Below the pieces are notes generated by a model, which was given only the letters and a program-made list of their open reading frames with translations, did not search any database and had not been told where the DNA came from. Below, piece after piece: positions 19,214 through 28,774 of a stretch of 64,000 nucleotides of DNA. How positions within the stretch are numbered: the first letter of the stretch is position 1; each line of letters starts with the position of its first letter. This DNA is from an uncultured Gemmatimonadaceae bacterium (GTDB lineage Bacteria > Gemmatimonadota > Gemmatimonadetes > Gemmatimonadales > Gemmatimonadaceae), in assembly GCA_963781585.1 (NCBI GenBank), contig CAWAGQ010000010.1, positions 96,001 through 160,000 on the forward strand, given 5' to 3'. The translations under genes and the position numbers were made by a program.

Positions 19214-20183
19214 CGGGGCTGTGCGTGCGGCGCTGGCGCTGGGCCTCGATCGCCCCCCGGGAGCCGAGGCATGCGCGCTGGCTGCGCAGCTGGCGTCGGC
19301 CTTCGGAGACGCGACCATGGCAGTGGTACACTACGGGTCGCGGGCCCAAGGGCGGCCCACGCGCACCGAGAGTGCCTATGACTTCTTCGTCATCGTGCGC
19401 GAGTACGATTCGGCCTACCGGACGCTCCACCGCACCGCCGGCACCCACTACCGTCCTGGAGTCGCCGCTGCCCTGGCACGCGTGCTCCCGCCAAACGTGA
19501 TCTCGGTCGCCGACCGAAGCGGCGCCGGGCGGCGCGCCAAGTGCGCCGTGTTGTCCGAGCAGGACTTCCGCCGAGCCAGCTCCGAGCGTGCACGTGACCA
19601 TTTCGTGCGCGGCCGTCTCATGCAATACCTGACGCTGGCCTGGAGCCGCGATCCCGGAACCGCGCGCCTGGTGGCCGACGCCGTCGTCGCGGCGCGCGCC
19701 GGCACGTACGAATGGGTGCGTGCCTTTCTCCCCGAGCGCTTCGACGTCGATGAGTACTGTCGCACGCTCCTCGACGTTTCGTTCGCGCGCGAAATCCGCC
19801 CCGAGCCCCGGTCTCACGTCGTCGCGCTGTACGAGGCGCAGCGTGAGCTGATGCTCGCCATCTACGGACCGTGGCTCGAGCACCTCGCCCAGGGCGATCT
19901 CCTCGTCCGTGAAGGCGAGACGTATCGACACCGTGCGCCGCCTGACGCGCTCGACAGGGCGCGCATCCGTTTCTACTTTCGAAGCAGCAAAGCGCGCGCG
20001 ACGCTTCGCCTCCTCAAGCATGTGGTGTTGTACGAGGGATGGCTCGACTACATCCTCCATAAGGTTTCGCGCAGCACCGGGGAGCGAATCGAAGTGACCG
20101 AACGCGAGCGCCGCTGGCCGCTGATCTTCATGTGGCCGAAAATCCTTCGCTATCTGCGCTCCCGGCCGCAACGCCGCGACTGA
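19185..20183 (+). CDS. Pol-beta-type nucleotidyltransferase, Tam41/Mmp37-like (putative lipid cytidylyltransferase)
   Basis: HYGS...YDFFVIV nucleotidyltransferase signature; KCAVLS..DF...GRLMQ and LPERF...SF..EIR segments recall Tam41; start uncertain. Confidence 0.6.
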   Translation: MRTGSRPPADGAVRAALALGLDRPPGAEACALAAQLASAFGDATMAVVHYGSRAQGRPTRTESAYDFFVIVREYDSAYRTLHRTAGTHYRPGVAAALARVLPPNVISVADRSGAGRRAKCAVLSEQDFRRASSERARDHFVRGRLMQYLTLAWSRDPGTARLVADAVVAARAGTYEWVRAFLPERFDVDEYCRTLLDVSFAREIRPEPRSHVVALYEAQRELMLAIYGPWLEHLAQGDLLVREGETYRHRAPPDALDRARIRFYFRSSKARATLRLLKHVVLYEGWLDYILHKVSRSTGERIEVTERERRWPLIFMWPKILRYLRSRPQRRD

Positions 20184-20184
20184 G

Positions 20185-20940
20185 ATGAGTCCCGTCGAAA
20201 TCGCCGCCCTCGCGCTGGGCATCGCCGCGCTGGCCACAATGCCCGTCTTCGCGCTGCGCTCACGCGTGCGCTCGGTGGACGCCGACGTCGCGCGACGACC
20301 GACGACCATCTTCCTGGGCTTGTGGATACGCGACTGGTTCATGTGGATCCTGTCACCGATTGAGCGTCGTCTGGTGCACGCGCGCGTGTCGCCAGACGTC
20401 TTCAACTACCTCGGAGTCCTCTTCGGCGCCGCCGCCGGAATCGCCTTCGCGGTCCGGGAGCCATCTCTGGCCGCATGGATGATAGTGCTTGGCGGCGTTT
20501 CCGACATCCTCGACGGCAGAATTGCCAGAGCCCTCGGCGTGGCCTCCGAGTACGGCGCCTTCGTGGACTCGACGTTCGACAGATTCGCCGAGACCTTCAC
20601 GTTTCTCGGCGTGGCCTGGTTCCTGGCCCGCGTGCCATGGGGCGCGGTGGCCACCGCCTTCGCCCTCGGCGGCTCGCTGCTGGTCAGTTTTGCGCGCGCC
20701 CGCGGCGAAGCGCACGGAGTGAAGTTCACAGGCGGAATCATGCAGCGCGCCGAACGACTCGTCCTGCTCGCTCTTGCCGCATTCCTCGATCCCATGGTTA
20801 CCTCCCGCGCCGGGTGGCGGAGCGGCAGCGTGCTCGCCGCCACCGTAGGCCTGATCGGCCTCGGGGCGCTGGCAACCGCCGTGTACCGAACAGCGCGTAC
20901 TGCCCGCGAACTCTACCGTCAAGACTCACGGGTTCGGTAG
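20185..20940 (+). CDS. CDP-alcohol phosphatidyltransferase
   Basis: DILDGRIAR...SEYGAFVDSTFD signature; VSFARARGE...GIMQRAERL. Confidence 0.92.
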   Translation: MSPVEIAALALGIAALATMPVFALRSRVRSVDADVARRPTTIFLGLWIRDWFMWILSPIERRLVHARVSPDVFNYLGVLFGAAAGIAFAVREPSLAAWMIVLGGVSDILDGRIARALGVASEYGAFVDSTFDRFAETFTFLGVAWFLARVPWGAVATAFALGGSLLVSFARARGEAHGVKFTGGIMQRAERLVLLALAAFLDPMVTSRAGWRSGSVLAATVGLIGLGALATAVYRTARTARELYRQDSRVR

Positions 20941-21152
20941 GTTCGGAGCCGCGCCAACGCACGCTGGCACGCCCCGTCCGCAGGGCAGCCGGCAGAATCG
21001 TCGCCTCATCCCGTCCCGCACGCAAGACCGGGAGCCTTCCGACCGCCACGTTCCCTCAGGTAATCTCTGACAGCCTTGGGGGCGTCATCCCGACTTTACG
21101 AGTCGGCATTCGTCCCGATAGGTTCGCGCCCAACGCCCCACCAGACCGCGAG

Positions 21153-21872
21153 TTGACCCCGCCCTCCGCATCGGAAGTCCAGGAAGCCGTTCGCCTCCAC
21201 CGCATCGCCCGCCGGTTCGGCACACGATGGGCGCTGCGAGGCATTTCGATGAGCGTGGCTCCCGGCGAGGTGGTGGGGGTGATGGGGCACAACGGCAGTG
21301 GCAAGAGCACCCTGCTACGGGTGGTCTCAACGGTGCTGAAACCGAACGCAGGCGAGGGGTGGATCTACGGCCATCACCTGGTGCGGGAAGCCATGCAGGT
21401 CCGCCACCTCATCGGCTTTCTGGCGCACTCGCCGGGCCTCTACGACGATCTCAGCGCGCGGGAGAACCTGAGCTTCGCTGCCGCGATGCTGGATGTGGAC
21501 GCGGGACCGATCGACGCGACGCTGGAGCGGGTCGGCCTGTCGCGTGAGCGCGACGAGCGTGTGCGCGGGTATTCGGCCGGAATGCAGCGGCGGCTCGCGC
21601 TGGCGCGAGTCCTGCTCGGTCAGCCACGCCTGCTGCTGCTCGATGAACCATACAACAACTTCGACGCGCAGGGCATCGCGCTGGTGAACGAGGTGATACT
21701 CGAGACGCGTGATCGTGGGGGCGCGGCGCTGGTGGTGCTGCACGACCGTCGCCAGGGCGAAGTGGTGCTGGATCGGGTGATCGAGCTGACCAGGGGTGTG
21801 GTGTCCGGAGGCGAGGACCGGGAGGCGCCCGCTGTGCCGCGTCCCGCCGTCGTCGCGCAGGGAGCTCGTTAG
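21153..21872 (+). CDS. ccmA: Heme exporter ATP-binding subunit CcmA
   Basis: GHNGSGKST, YSAGMQRR, LLLDEP; first gene of ccm operon; start estimated. Confidence 0.85.
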   Translation: MTPPSASEVQEAVRLHRIARRFGTRWALRGISMSVAPGEVVGVMGHNGSGKSTLLRVVSTVLKPNAGEGWIYGHHLVREAMQVRHLIGFLAHSPGLYDDLSARENLSFAAAMLDVDAGPIDATLERVGLSRERDERVRGYSAGMQRRLALARVLLGQPRLLLLDEPYNNFDAQGIALVNEVILETRDRGGAALVVLHDRRQGEVVLDRVIELTRGVVSGGEDREAPAVPRPAVVAQGAR

Positions 21873-22559
21873 GTGGCGGTCCCGGCTGATCTGCGCCGCG
21901 TGCGCGCAATCATCTGGAAGGACCTCACCTCCGAGCGCCGGTCGAAGGCCGGCTTCAACGCCGTCACGTTTCTCGGGGTCCTGATCCTGCTCCTGTTCGG
22001 CTTCGCGCTGGGTCCCGACGCCGAGGCGCTGCGGGAGGCGGCGGCCGGCGCGCTCTGGCTCGCCATCCTGTTCGCCGGCGTCCTGGCGTTCAATCGCTCC
22101 TATCAGCTCGAGCTGGATGGAGGCGCACTGGAGCCGTTGCTCCTCTACCCGGCGCCACGATGGACCATCTTCGTCGGCAAGGTCGTCGCCAATCTCCTGT
22201 TCGTGCTACTCGTGGAGCTCATCGTGGTGCCCGTGGCCGCGATTCTCTTTCACGTCAGCGTATCGGGAGCGTGGCTCGCCCAAGCCGGGGTGTTGCTGCT
22301 CGGAAGCGTCGGGTTCGTGTCGCTCGGAACGTTCTACGCCGCAATGGCCAGCCGAAGCCGCGCCCGCGAAGTGCTCCTGCCGTTGCTGTTGTTCCCGATG
22401 CTGGTGCCCGTATTGCTGGCGGCGGCGGAGGCCTCGAAGGCCATGCTCTCGGGCGATCCCATGAACGAGGCCGGGGCCTGGATACGACTTCTGGCGGCAT
22501 TTGACGTAATCTTCGTGGTGGCATCGGTCTTTGCCTTCGATTCCGTGATCGAGGTCTGA
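21873..22559 (+). CDS. ccmB: Heme exporter permease CcmB
   Basis: WKDL..E.R, LLPLLLFP, six TM segments. Confidence 0.9.
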   Translation: MAVPADLRRVRAIIWKDLTSERRSKAGFNAVTFLGVLILLLFGFALGPDAEALREAAAGALWLAILFAGVLAFNRSYQLELDGGALEPLLLYPAPRWTIFVGKVVANLLFVLLVELIVVPVAAILFHVSVSGAWLAQAGVLLLGSVGFVSLGTFYAAMASRSRAREVLLPLLLFPMLVPVLLAAAEASKAMLSGDPMNEAGAWIRLLAAFDVIFVVASVFAFDSVIEV

Positions 22560-22560
22560 C

Positions 22561-23298
22561 ATGCGTGATGCGGTTCTTCTCCAGCCCGTGATTCCGGCGA
22601 CCACCTCGTCGCCGCGGCGCGGGACCTACGAGTGGCTCGGCGCCCTCGCGCTGGTGTCGTTGGTCGGCGCCCAACTCCTCGGCATCCTGACCAGTCCGCC
22701 GGACCGGGACATGGGCGACCTGCAGAAGATCATGTACGTCCACGTCCCGGCGGCGTGGAACGCCTTCATCGCCTACTTCGTCGTGGCGATCTCCAGCCTC
22801 CTCTATTTATGGAAGGGGCAAGAGCGACACGACCTGCTCGCTGCGTCAGCCGCCGAGGTCGGAGCGGTCCTGACGGGGCTCACGCTCGTGCTCGGTTCCA
22901 TCTGGGGCCGCCCCACCTGGGGCATCTGGTGGACCTGGGACGCGCGCCTGACGTCGACCGCCGTGCTGCTCCTGATCTTCGTGGGGTATCTGGCGCTGCG
23001 ATCGTTCGTGGATGACGCCGATCGCCGCGCTCAATGGAGCGCGGCGGTGGGCCTGCTTGGTGCGCTCAACGTCCCCATTGTGTACATGTCGGTACGCTGG
23101 TGGCGGACCATTCACCAGATTCAGTCGTCGCCGAACACGGTCGATCCCCGGTACGTGCGGGGTCTGCGGGCGAACGCGATCGCGTTCCTGCTGGTGCTCG
23201 TTTACTTCATATTGAAGCGGTATCGCGCCGCACAGCTCGAGCGGGCGGCGGAGCATCTGGCCGAGCGCGCGGCGCTTGGCCCGGAGGGGGCAGCATGA
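22561..23298 (+). CDS. ccmC: Heme exporter CcmC
   Basis: YVHVP; WWD motif WGRPTWGIWWTWDARLT; WWRTIHQ. Confidence 0.93.
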   Translation: MRDAVLLQPVIPATTSSPRRGTYEWLGALALVSLVGAQLLGILTSPPDRDMGDLQKIMYVHVPAAWNAFIAYFVVAISSLLYLWKGQERHDLLAASAAEVGAVLTGLTLVLGSIWGRPTWGIWWTWDARLTSTAVLLLIFVGYLALRSFVDDADRRAQWSAAVGLLGALNVPIVYMSVRWWRTIHQIQSSPNTVDPRYVRGLRANAIAFLLVLVYFILKRYRAAQLERAAEHLAERAALGPEGAA

Positions 23299-23450
23299 TT
23301 GACAACAGTCGGTTCATCATCGCCGCGTACACCGTGACCTGGGTCTGCTTCGTCGCGTACGCGGTGCGGCTCCACGTGGTCGCTCGCCGGGCTCGCGCGC
23401 AGTACGATGAAGCGGCGCGCGCGAGCGGTGAAACCGGGAGGGGAGAATGA
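23295..23450 (+). CDS. ccmD: CcmD small membrane protein
   Basis: 51 aa, FIIAAY TM then basic tail, ATGA overlaps with ccmC and ccmE. Confidence 0.7.
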   Translation: MIDNSRFIIAAYTVTWVCFVAYAVRLHVVARRARAQYDEAARASGETGRGE

Positions 23451-23905
23451 GCAACACGCGCGGACGACGCCGTGCCGCCATCGCGGTGGCGGTGGTGCTG
23501 GTGCTGGGGACGTTCGGCTTTCTGATCTGGGGCGGCATCGACCAGAACGTGGTGTTCTTCCTCACGCCGAAGGAGTTGGTGGCGCGCGGCAACGCAGCCT
23601 ATGATGTGCCGGTGCGTCTGGGGGGCCAGGTCGAACCCGGGTCGGTGAAGTGGGACGCGCAGCGGCTCGATCTCCGGTTCGTGCTCACCGACGGCACGGA
23701 TACGGTAGGCGTGCATTCCACCGGCGCGCCGCCGCAGATGTTCCGCGACGGCATGGGGGTCGTGGTGGAAGGCAAATACCGCCGTGACGGCGTGTTCGAG
23801 TCGACCAACCTGATGGTGAAGCACTCGAACGAATACCACCCTCCCAAGCCGGGTCAGATGCCAGAGGAGATGTACAAGTCTCTCATCCGGGAGAACAAGT
23901 CGTGA
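23447..23905 (+). CDS. ccmE: Heme chaperone CcmE
   Basis: VRLGG, VVVEG, KHSNEY (HxxxY). Confidence 0.93.
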   Translation: MSNTRGRRRAAIAVAVVLVLGTFGFLIWGGIDQNVVFFLTPKELVARGNAAYDVPVRLGGQVEPGSVKWDAQRLDLRFVLTDGTDTVGVHSTGAPPQMFRDGMGVVVEGKYRRDGVFESTNLMVKHSNEYHPPKPGQMPEEMYKSLIRENKS

Positions 23906-25926
23906 CGCGCCTGCTCGGATACGACGCGCTGGTGGTGGCGCTGGGGACCGTGGTCGTGGGCGCCATCGCCCTGCTGCTGGGCGCCTGGCGCCGCCGCGAC
24001 CAGTGGATGCAGGTGGGATACACCGCCGTCTTCGTCGCCTTCGGGCTGATCACCGTGTCAGTCCTCGCGATGGTTTACGCGCTGGTCTCGCACGACTTCA
24101 GCGTGAGCTACGTGGCGCAGGTCGGCAGTCGTGAGACGCCCCTCTTCTACACGGTCATTTCGTTGTGGGGAGCTCTCGAGGGATCGATCCTGCTCTGGGT
24201 GTGGGTGCTGTCGATGTACGCGGCGCTGGTGATCTATCAGCTGCGGGGCCGGCCAGGCCGGCTGGTGCCGTTTGCCGGCGGGACGCTGATGGTGATCGCG
24301 ACCTTCTTCCTGGTGCTGCTGGTCGGTCCGGCCAATCCCTTCGGTCTGGTGACGCCGGTGCTGGCGAACGGTCCGGGGCCGAATCCGCTGCTGCAGAATC
24401 ACATCCTGATGGCGGTGCACCCTCCGCTGCTGTACCTCGGCTACGTCGGGATGTCGGTGCCGTTTTCATTCGCCATGGGGGCGATGCTGTCCGGCGAGGT
24501 CGCGGACGACGGTTGGATTCGCCTGACGCGACGGTGGACGCTGGTGGCGTGGAGCTTTCTCTCGGCAGCGATCATCGCCGGGATGTGGTGGTCGTACGAG
24601 GTTCTGGGCTGGGGTGGGTACTGGGCGTGGGATCCGGTGGAAAACGCCTCGTTCATCCCCTGGCTGACGGCCACCGCCTACCTGCACTCGGTGATGGTGC
24701 AGGAGCGCCGGGGACTGCTCAAGTTATGGAACCTGAACCTGATCGTTGCCACGTTCGTGCTCACAATCCTCGGCACGTTCCTCACGCGCAGTGGCATTCT
24801 CTCATCGGTCCACGCGTTCACCCAGGGCACGATCGGTTACTACTTCCTCGGCTTCATCGCGCTGGCGCTGCTGACCTCGTTCGCGCTGGTGGCTGGCAAC
24901 TCCGACCGGCTGCAGGGCACTGGTTCACTCGACGCGGCGGTATCGCGCGAATCGGTGTTCCTGCTGAACAACCTGTTCCTCACCGCGTTCACCGTGACGG
25001 TGCTGGTGGGAACGCTCTACCCGCTGGTGGCGGAGGCGGCGCGAGGCGTGAAGGTCAGTGTCGGGGAGCCGTTCTTCAACAAGATGACACTGCCGATCTG
25101 CGCCGCGCTTCTCTTTCTGATGGGAGTGGGTCCGGCGCTGCCTTGGCGCCGTGCCTCGCGCGATGTGATCCGGCGGCAGCTCACGCCTCCCGCGATCGCG
25201 GCCGTCGCCGGGGCCCTGGTCGCCTTCGCGGTCGGTGCCCGGTCGGCGTACGCGCTCGCCGCCTACGGCTTCGCGGCGTTCGCGCTGACCGCCAACGTGC
25301 GCGAGTTCGTCTCGGGGACCATGGCGCGGCGCCGGGCGCATGGCGAGGCGCCATGGACGGCGCTGTTGCGTCTGGTCGGCGGGAATCGGCGGCGCCACGG
25401 CGGATACATCGCCCATCTTGGCATCATCTGTGTCACGTTAGGCATCGCGACATCGGCGACGTTCCGCAGCGATCGGGAAGCGACGCTCACGAAGGGACAG
25501 TCACTGACGCTGCGCGGCTACACGATCCGGCTCAACGACGTCTACGGGCGGGAGGAGCCCCAGCGCCAGGTGATCGCGGCCGGAGTGTCCGTGCTGCGCG
25601 GCAGCCAGGAGGTCGGACGCCTCGAACCGCGCATGAACTTCTATCCCACCTCGGAGCAACCGGTGCCCTCGCCGGCGGTGCGCAGCCGACCGTCGGGCGA
25701 CGTCTACGTGAACCTCATGGCGTTTGCGCAGGACGGCAGCAACGCCACGCTGCGCGTGATCGTGGAGCCTCTGGTTCCGTGGATCTGGTCGGGAGGGCTG
25801 ATCATCGTGCTCGGCGCACTGGTGTCGATGGGCGGGGCGAAGGAGCGCGTGCCCGCGCCGGTCGGAAGGCTGGCGTGGCGCCAGGTCCCGCCGGCCGTCG
25901 CCGAGCCGTTCGGGGGCGCGCCGTGA
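23902..25926 (+). CDS. ccmF: Cytochrome c heme lyase CcmF
   Basis: HPPLLYLGY; WSYEVLGWGGYWAWDPVENAS; SVHAF. Confidence 0.95.
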   Translation: MTRLLGYDALVVALGTVVVGAIALLLGAWRRRDQWMQVGYTAVFVAFGLITVSVLAMVYALVSHDFSVSYVAQVGSRETPLFYTVISLWGALEGSILLWVWVLSMYAALVIYQLRGRPGRLVPFAGGTLMVIATFFLVLLVGPANPFGLVTPVLANGPGPNPLLQNHILMAVHPPLLYLGYVGMSVPFSFAMGAMLSGEVADDGWIRLTRRWTLVAWSFLSAAIIAGMWWSYEVLGWGGYWAWDPVENASFIPWLTATAYLHSVMVQERRGLLKLWNLNLIVATFVLTILGTFLTRSGILSSVHAFTQGTIGYYFLGFIALALLTSFALVAGNSDRLQGTGSLDAAVSRESVFLLNNLFLTAFTVTVLVGTLYPLVAEAARGVKVSVGEPFFNKMTLPICAALLFLMGVGPALPWRRASRDVIRRQLTPPAIAAVAGALVAFAVGARSAYALAAYGFAAFALTANVREFVSGTMARRRAHGEAPWTALLRLVGGNRRRHGGYIAHLGIICVTLGIATSATFRSDREATLTKGQSLTLRGYTIRLNDVYGREEPQRQVIAAGVSVLRGSQEVGRLEPRMNFYPTSEQPVPSPAVRSRPSGDVYVNLMAFAQDGSNATLRVIVEPLVPWIWSGGLIIVLGALVSMGGAKERVPAPVGRLAWRQVPPAVAEPFGGAP

Positions 25927-26492
25927 ACTGGCGGCGCGCCTTCGCCGCGGTGGCCGTCGCGCTTCCCCTGGTCGCGCTGCTCGGGTACGGGCTGACGCAG
26001 GATCCGCACGAGATCCCGTCGCCGCTGCCGGGCAAGCCTGCACCGACGTTCGCGCTGTCGGTCTTCTCGCCGGGACAGGGAGCGACCGCCATGCCCGTGG
26101 GCGACACCGTGCGTCTTTCGGCATACCGGGGACAGGTCGTGGTGCTGAACTTCTTTGCTTCGTGGTGTCTGGAATGCCGCGTCGAACATCAACTCCTCTC
26201 GGCAGTGGCGTCGTCGTATGCGGGTCGAGGCGCCCACTTCTTCGGCGTGCTGTACGACGACGTGCCCACCAACGGACTGCAGTGGATCGCCGACATGGGC
26301 GGCCAGCAGTATCCGGCGCTGGTCGACCCACACGAACGAACCGCGATCGACTACGGTCTGTATGGCGTGCCGGAAACGTTCTTCATCACGCGCGACGGTC
26401 GGGTCGCGTACAAGCAGATCGGACCGATTCCCGAGAGCGTGCTGTTGCAGAAGCTCGACTCGCTGCTCCAGGCGCCGGCACTGCCGGAATGA
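25923..26492 (+). CDS. ccmG: Thiol-disulfide oxidoreductase CcmG/DsbE
   Basis: NFFASWCLEC; YGVPETF; GTGA overlap with ccmF. Confidence 0.88.
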   Translation: MNWRRAFAAVAVALPLVALLGYGLTQDPHEIPSPLPGKPAPTFALSVFSPGQGATAMPVGDTVRLSAYRGQVVVLNFFASWCLECRVEHQLLSAVASSYAGRGAHFFGVLYDDVPTNGLQWIADMGGQQYPALVDPHERTAIDYGLYGVPETFFITRDGRVAYKQIGPIPESVLLQKLDSLLQAPALPE

Positions 26493-26938
26493 CGAAGGGC
26501 CTCGCGACTCGAGTCCTGGCGACGGCGGTGTTCGTTCTGGTGGCCGCTCCGGTCTGGGCACAGGGAGCGCCCTCCGACTCCGCCGTCGACGCGATGACGC
26601 GGACGCTGGCGAGCGAACTGCGGTGCCCCGTGTGTCAGGGGCTGTCGATTCAGGACTCGCCTTCGGAGCTCGCGCAGGGCATGCGCGGAGTGATTCGCGA
26701 CCAGCTCAAGAGCGGTCGCACGCCCGACGAAGTGCGACAGTACTTCGTGGCGAAGTACGGCGAGTGGATTCTGCTCGAACCGAAACCGGTGGGGGTGAAT
26801 CTGCTGGTGTACCTGCTTCCCATCCTGGCGGTCCTTGGAGGGTTCGCGATCATCTGGCGCTCGGTGAAGCGCTGGGTGGCTGTGGGCCCCGGCCCCGACG
26901 GAGTCGACGCACCGCAGCGCGACGTGAGGCGCCCTTAG
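26489..26938 (+). CDS. ccmH: Cytochrome c biogenesis protein CcmH
   Basis: LRCPVCQG; YFVAKYGEWILLEP. Confidence 0.9.
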   Translation: MTKGLATRVLATAVFVLVAAPVWAQGAPSDSAVDAMTRTLASELRCPVCQGLSIQDSPSELAQGMRGVIRDQLKSGRTPDEVRQYFVAKYGEWILLEPKPVGVNLLVYLLPILAVLGGFAIIWRSVKRWVAVGPGPDGVDAPQRDVRRP

Positions 26939-27134
26939 TCCCGGCGCCGGGGGGCGGCATGACTCCAGGCGGGTCGCGTGCCCAAACGGATATTGGGATG
27001 CCGCTCTCTGTCGAGACCGCGTACGGCCCAACTCAGCGTATTGCAGCGAGTTCCGCGTTCGTCACAGGTCGACTGTGATGAGTCCAGGGGGACTGCAAAC
27101 AGAGGACATTCCGCGTTGCTGATCCCGTCCAATA

Positions 27135-27152
27135 CGTAGGGGATTGCCTGAT
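27135..27152. promoter_or_regulatory. Candidate NarL/LuxR-type operator upstream of the multiheme genes
   Basis: cgtaggggattgcctgat; its reverse complement matches the site at 43696-43713 at 13 of 18 positions. Confidence 0.3.
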
Positions 27153-27290
27153 GGATGCGCATAGTACGGAGGCCGAGCTTCATCTCCAAGGATCATGCGG
27201 GGTTGGGGCGGGTCGCAGACGGCGTTTTTCCGGCCGTCGCGTCGTTCGCCCGCCCCGAGTCACCTGCGAGGACGAGGGAGGGATTGATCT

Positions 27291-28748
27291 ATGAGACGCC
27301 AACAGCTGCGGTGGATGGTGTACGCCGGATCGTCCATCGCGTTGGTGTTCACGTTAGGCTCCTGTGTCGACGAGAAGATCGTCTACCGCAACGGTCCGAA
27401 CTTTGTCGCACCACCCGCGGCCGCTGCCAGCTTCCTCGGCTACGCGGACCAGCCGACGAAGCAGACGGTGTGCGGAAGCTGCCACTCGACGCAGCAGGGC
27501 AGGTGGGTCAGCACCAAGCACGCCGACGCGTTCGCAACGCTCGAGAACAGCGGCCATATGTCGGGCACCTGTCAGGCATGCCACACCGTCAACGACCAGG
27601 GGAACGCGGTCACCGACACGTCGGCCGGGTGGAAGACGACGCACGACACCCGGTACCACGATGTACAGTGCGAGAGCTGCCATGGACCGGGACAGCAGCA
27701 CGTCAGCTCGCCGACACGCGGTCAGATGCTTGCATCGATCCTCGCCGACACGGGGAGCGCAGTCACCAACGGGTGCGCGGAGTGCCACACTGGAACGCAC
27801 CATCCGTTCGTGGAAGAGTGGAGAAAGTCGGGACATGGAGCGCAGGCCAGTCCGACCATCCCGTCGCCGACCAACGCCCGCGCCGAATGTCAATCCTGTC
27901 ACAATACGCTGGGCGTTCTGTCCGCCTGGGGCGTCAACACCAATTACATCGAGAAGAACTCCTCGACCTACGTGCAGGCCGGCGTGACCTGCGTGGTCTG
28001 TCACGATCCGCACGGCTCATCGAACGAGCACCAGCTCCGTTTCCCGATCGATGCACGGAGCCCCGACGAAAACCTCTGCATGAAGTGCCATCAGCGGCGC
28101 GCGGTGCCCGATCCGGCGTCGAATTCCGGGCCGCACTCCGAGCAGGGGCCGTTGCTGCTGGGCGATGCCGGCTGGTGGCCGCCCAATCTCGACCTCGGGA
28201 CGGGGATCCAGGCCACCCACGGCAGCGAGAGCAATCCGCGACTCTGCGCGACCTGCCACGTGCTGGGCTACACGGTCAACGACAAGGCGACGGGTGCCTT
28301 CTCGTTCCAGGTCACCGGGCACCGCTTCCTGGCGATTCCCTGCGTGGATGCCAACGGGGCGCCGACCGACGATCAGAACTGCCAGATCACCTCGCGGTCG
28401 TTCAAGGCGTGCACGGATGCTCCGTGTCACGTTCACGGGTCGGAGACGGCCGCGCGATCGGCCTACACGACGGCCCAGGGGCGCATCGCCTCGATCAACG
28501 TCGAGCTTCGCCGGTTGCTGGCGCTCGTACCGGCCAGCGCGTTCACGATCGGGCCCATCTACACCACGGCGCGCGGGGCGAAATTCAACGCCGACCTCGC
28601 CGATCAACCCGGATCGTTCGTGCACAACCCGTTCCTGGTTGAGCAACTGCTCCGGGCCAGCATCTCCCAGGTGGCGAAGGACTACAATCTGACGCCGTCG
28701 CCGGGCTATTCCCTCTCGCCGCGGTACACCAGGAAGGCGGCGAACTAG
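27291..28748 (+). CDS. Multiheme c-type cytochrome lipoprotein (8 CxxCH plus 1 CX4CH)
   Basis: LGSC lipobox; CGSCH, CQACH, CESCH, CAECH, CQSCH, CVVCH, CMKCH, CATCH, CTDAPCH; helical C-terminus with VHNP. Confidence 0.9.
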   Translation: MRRQQLRWMVYAGSSIALVFTLGSCVDEKIVYRNGPNFVAPPAAAASFLGYADQPTKQTVCGSCHSTQQGRWVSTKHADAFATLENSGHMSGTCQACHTVNDQGNAVTDTSAGWKTTHDTRYHDVQCESCHGPGQQHVSSPTRGQMLASILADTGSAVTNGCAECHTGTHHPFVEEWRKSGHGAQASPTIPSPTNARAECQSCHNTLGVLSAWGVNTNYIEKNSSTYVQAGVTCVVCHDPHGSSNEHQLRFPIDARSPDENLCMKCHQRRAVPDPASNSGPHSEQGPLLLGDAGWWPPNLDLGTGIQATHGSESNPRLCATCHVLGYTVNDKATGAFSFQVTGHRFLAIPCVDANGAPTDDQNCQITSRSFKACTDAPCHVHGSETAARSAYTTAQGRIASINVELRRLLALVPASAFTIGPIYTTARGAKFNADLADQPGSFVHNPFLVEQLLRASISQVAKDYNLTPSPGYSLSPRYTRKAAN

Positions 28749-28774
28749 GACGCTGCGTCGTGTGATGGCACCGC

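Noticed and set aside
26935..27189. 84-aa minus-strand ORF between ccmH and the cytochrome
   Set aside because: No motif; lies in a lower-GC region that looks like a promoter.
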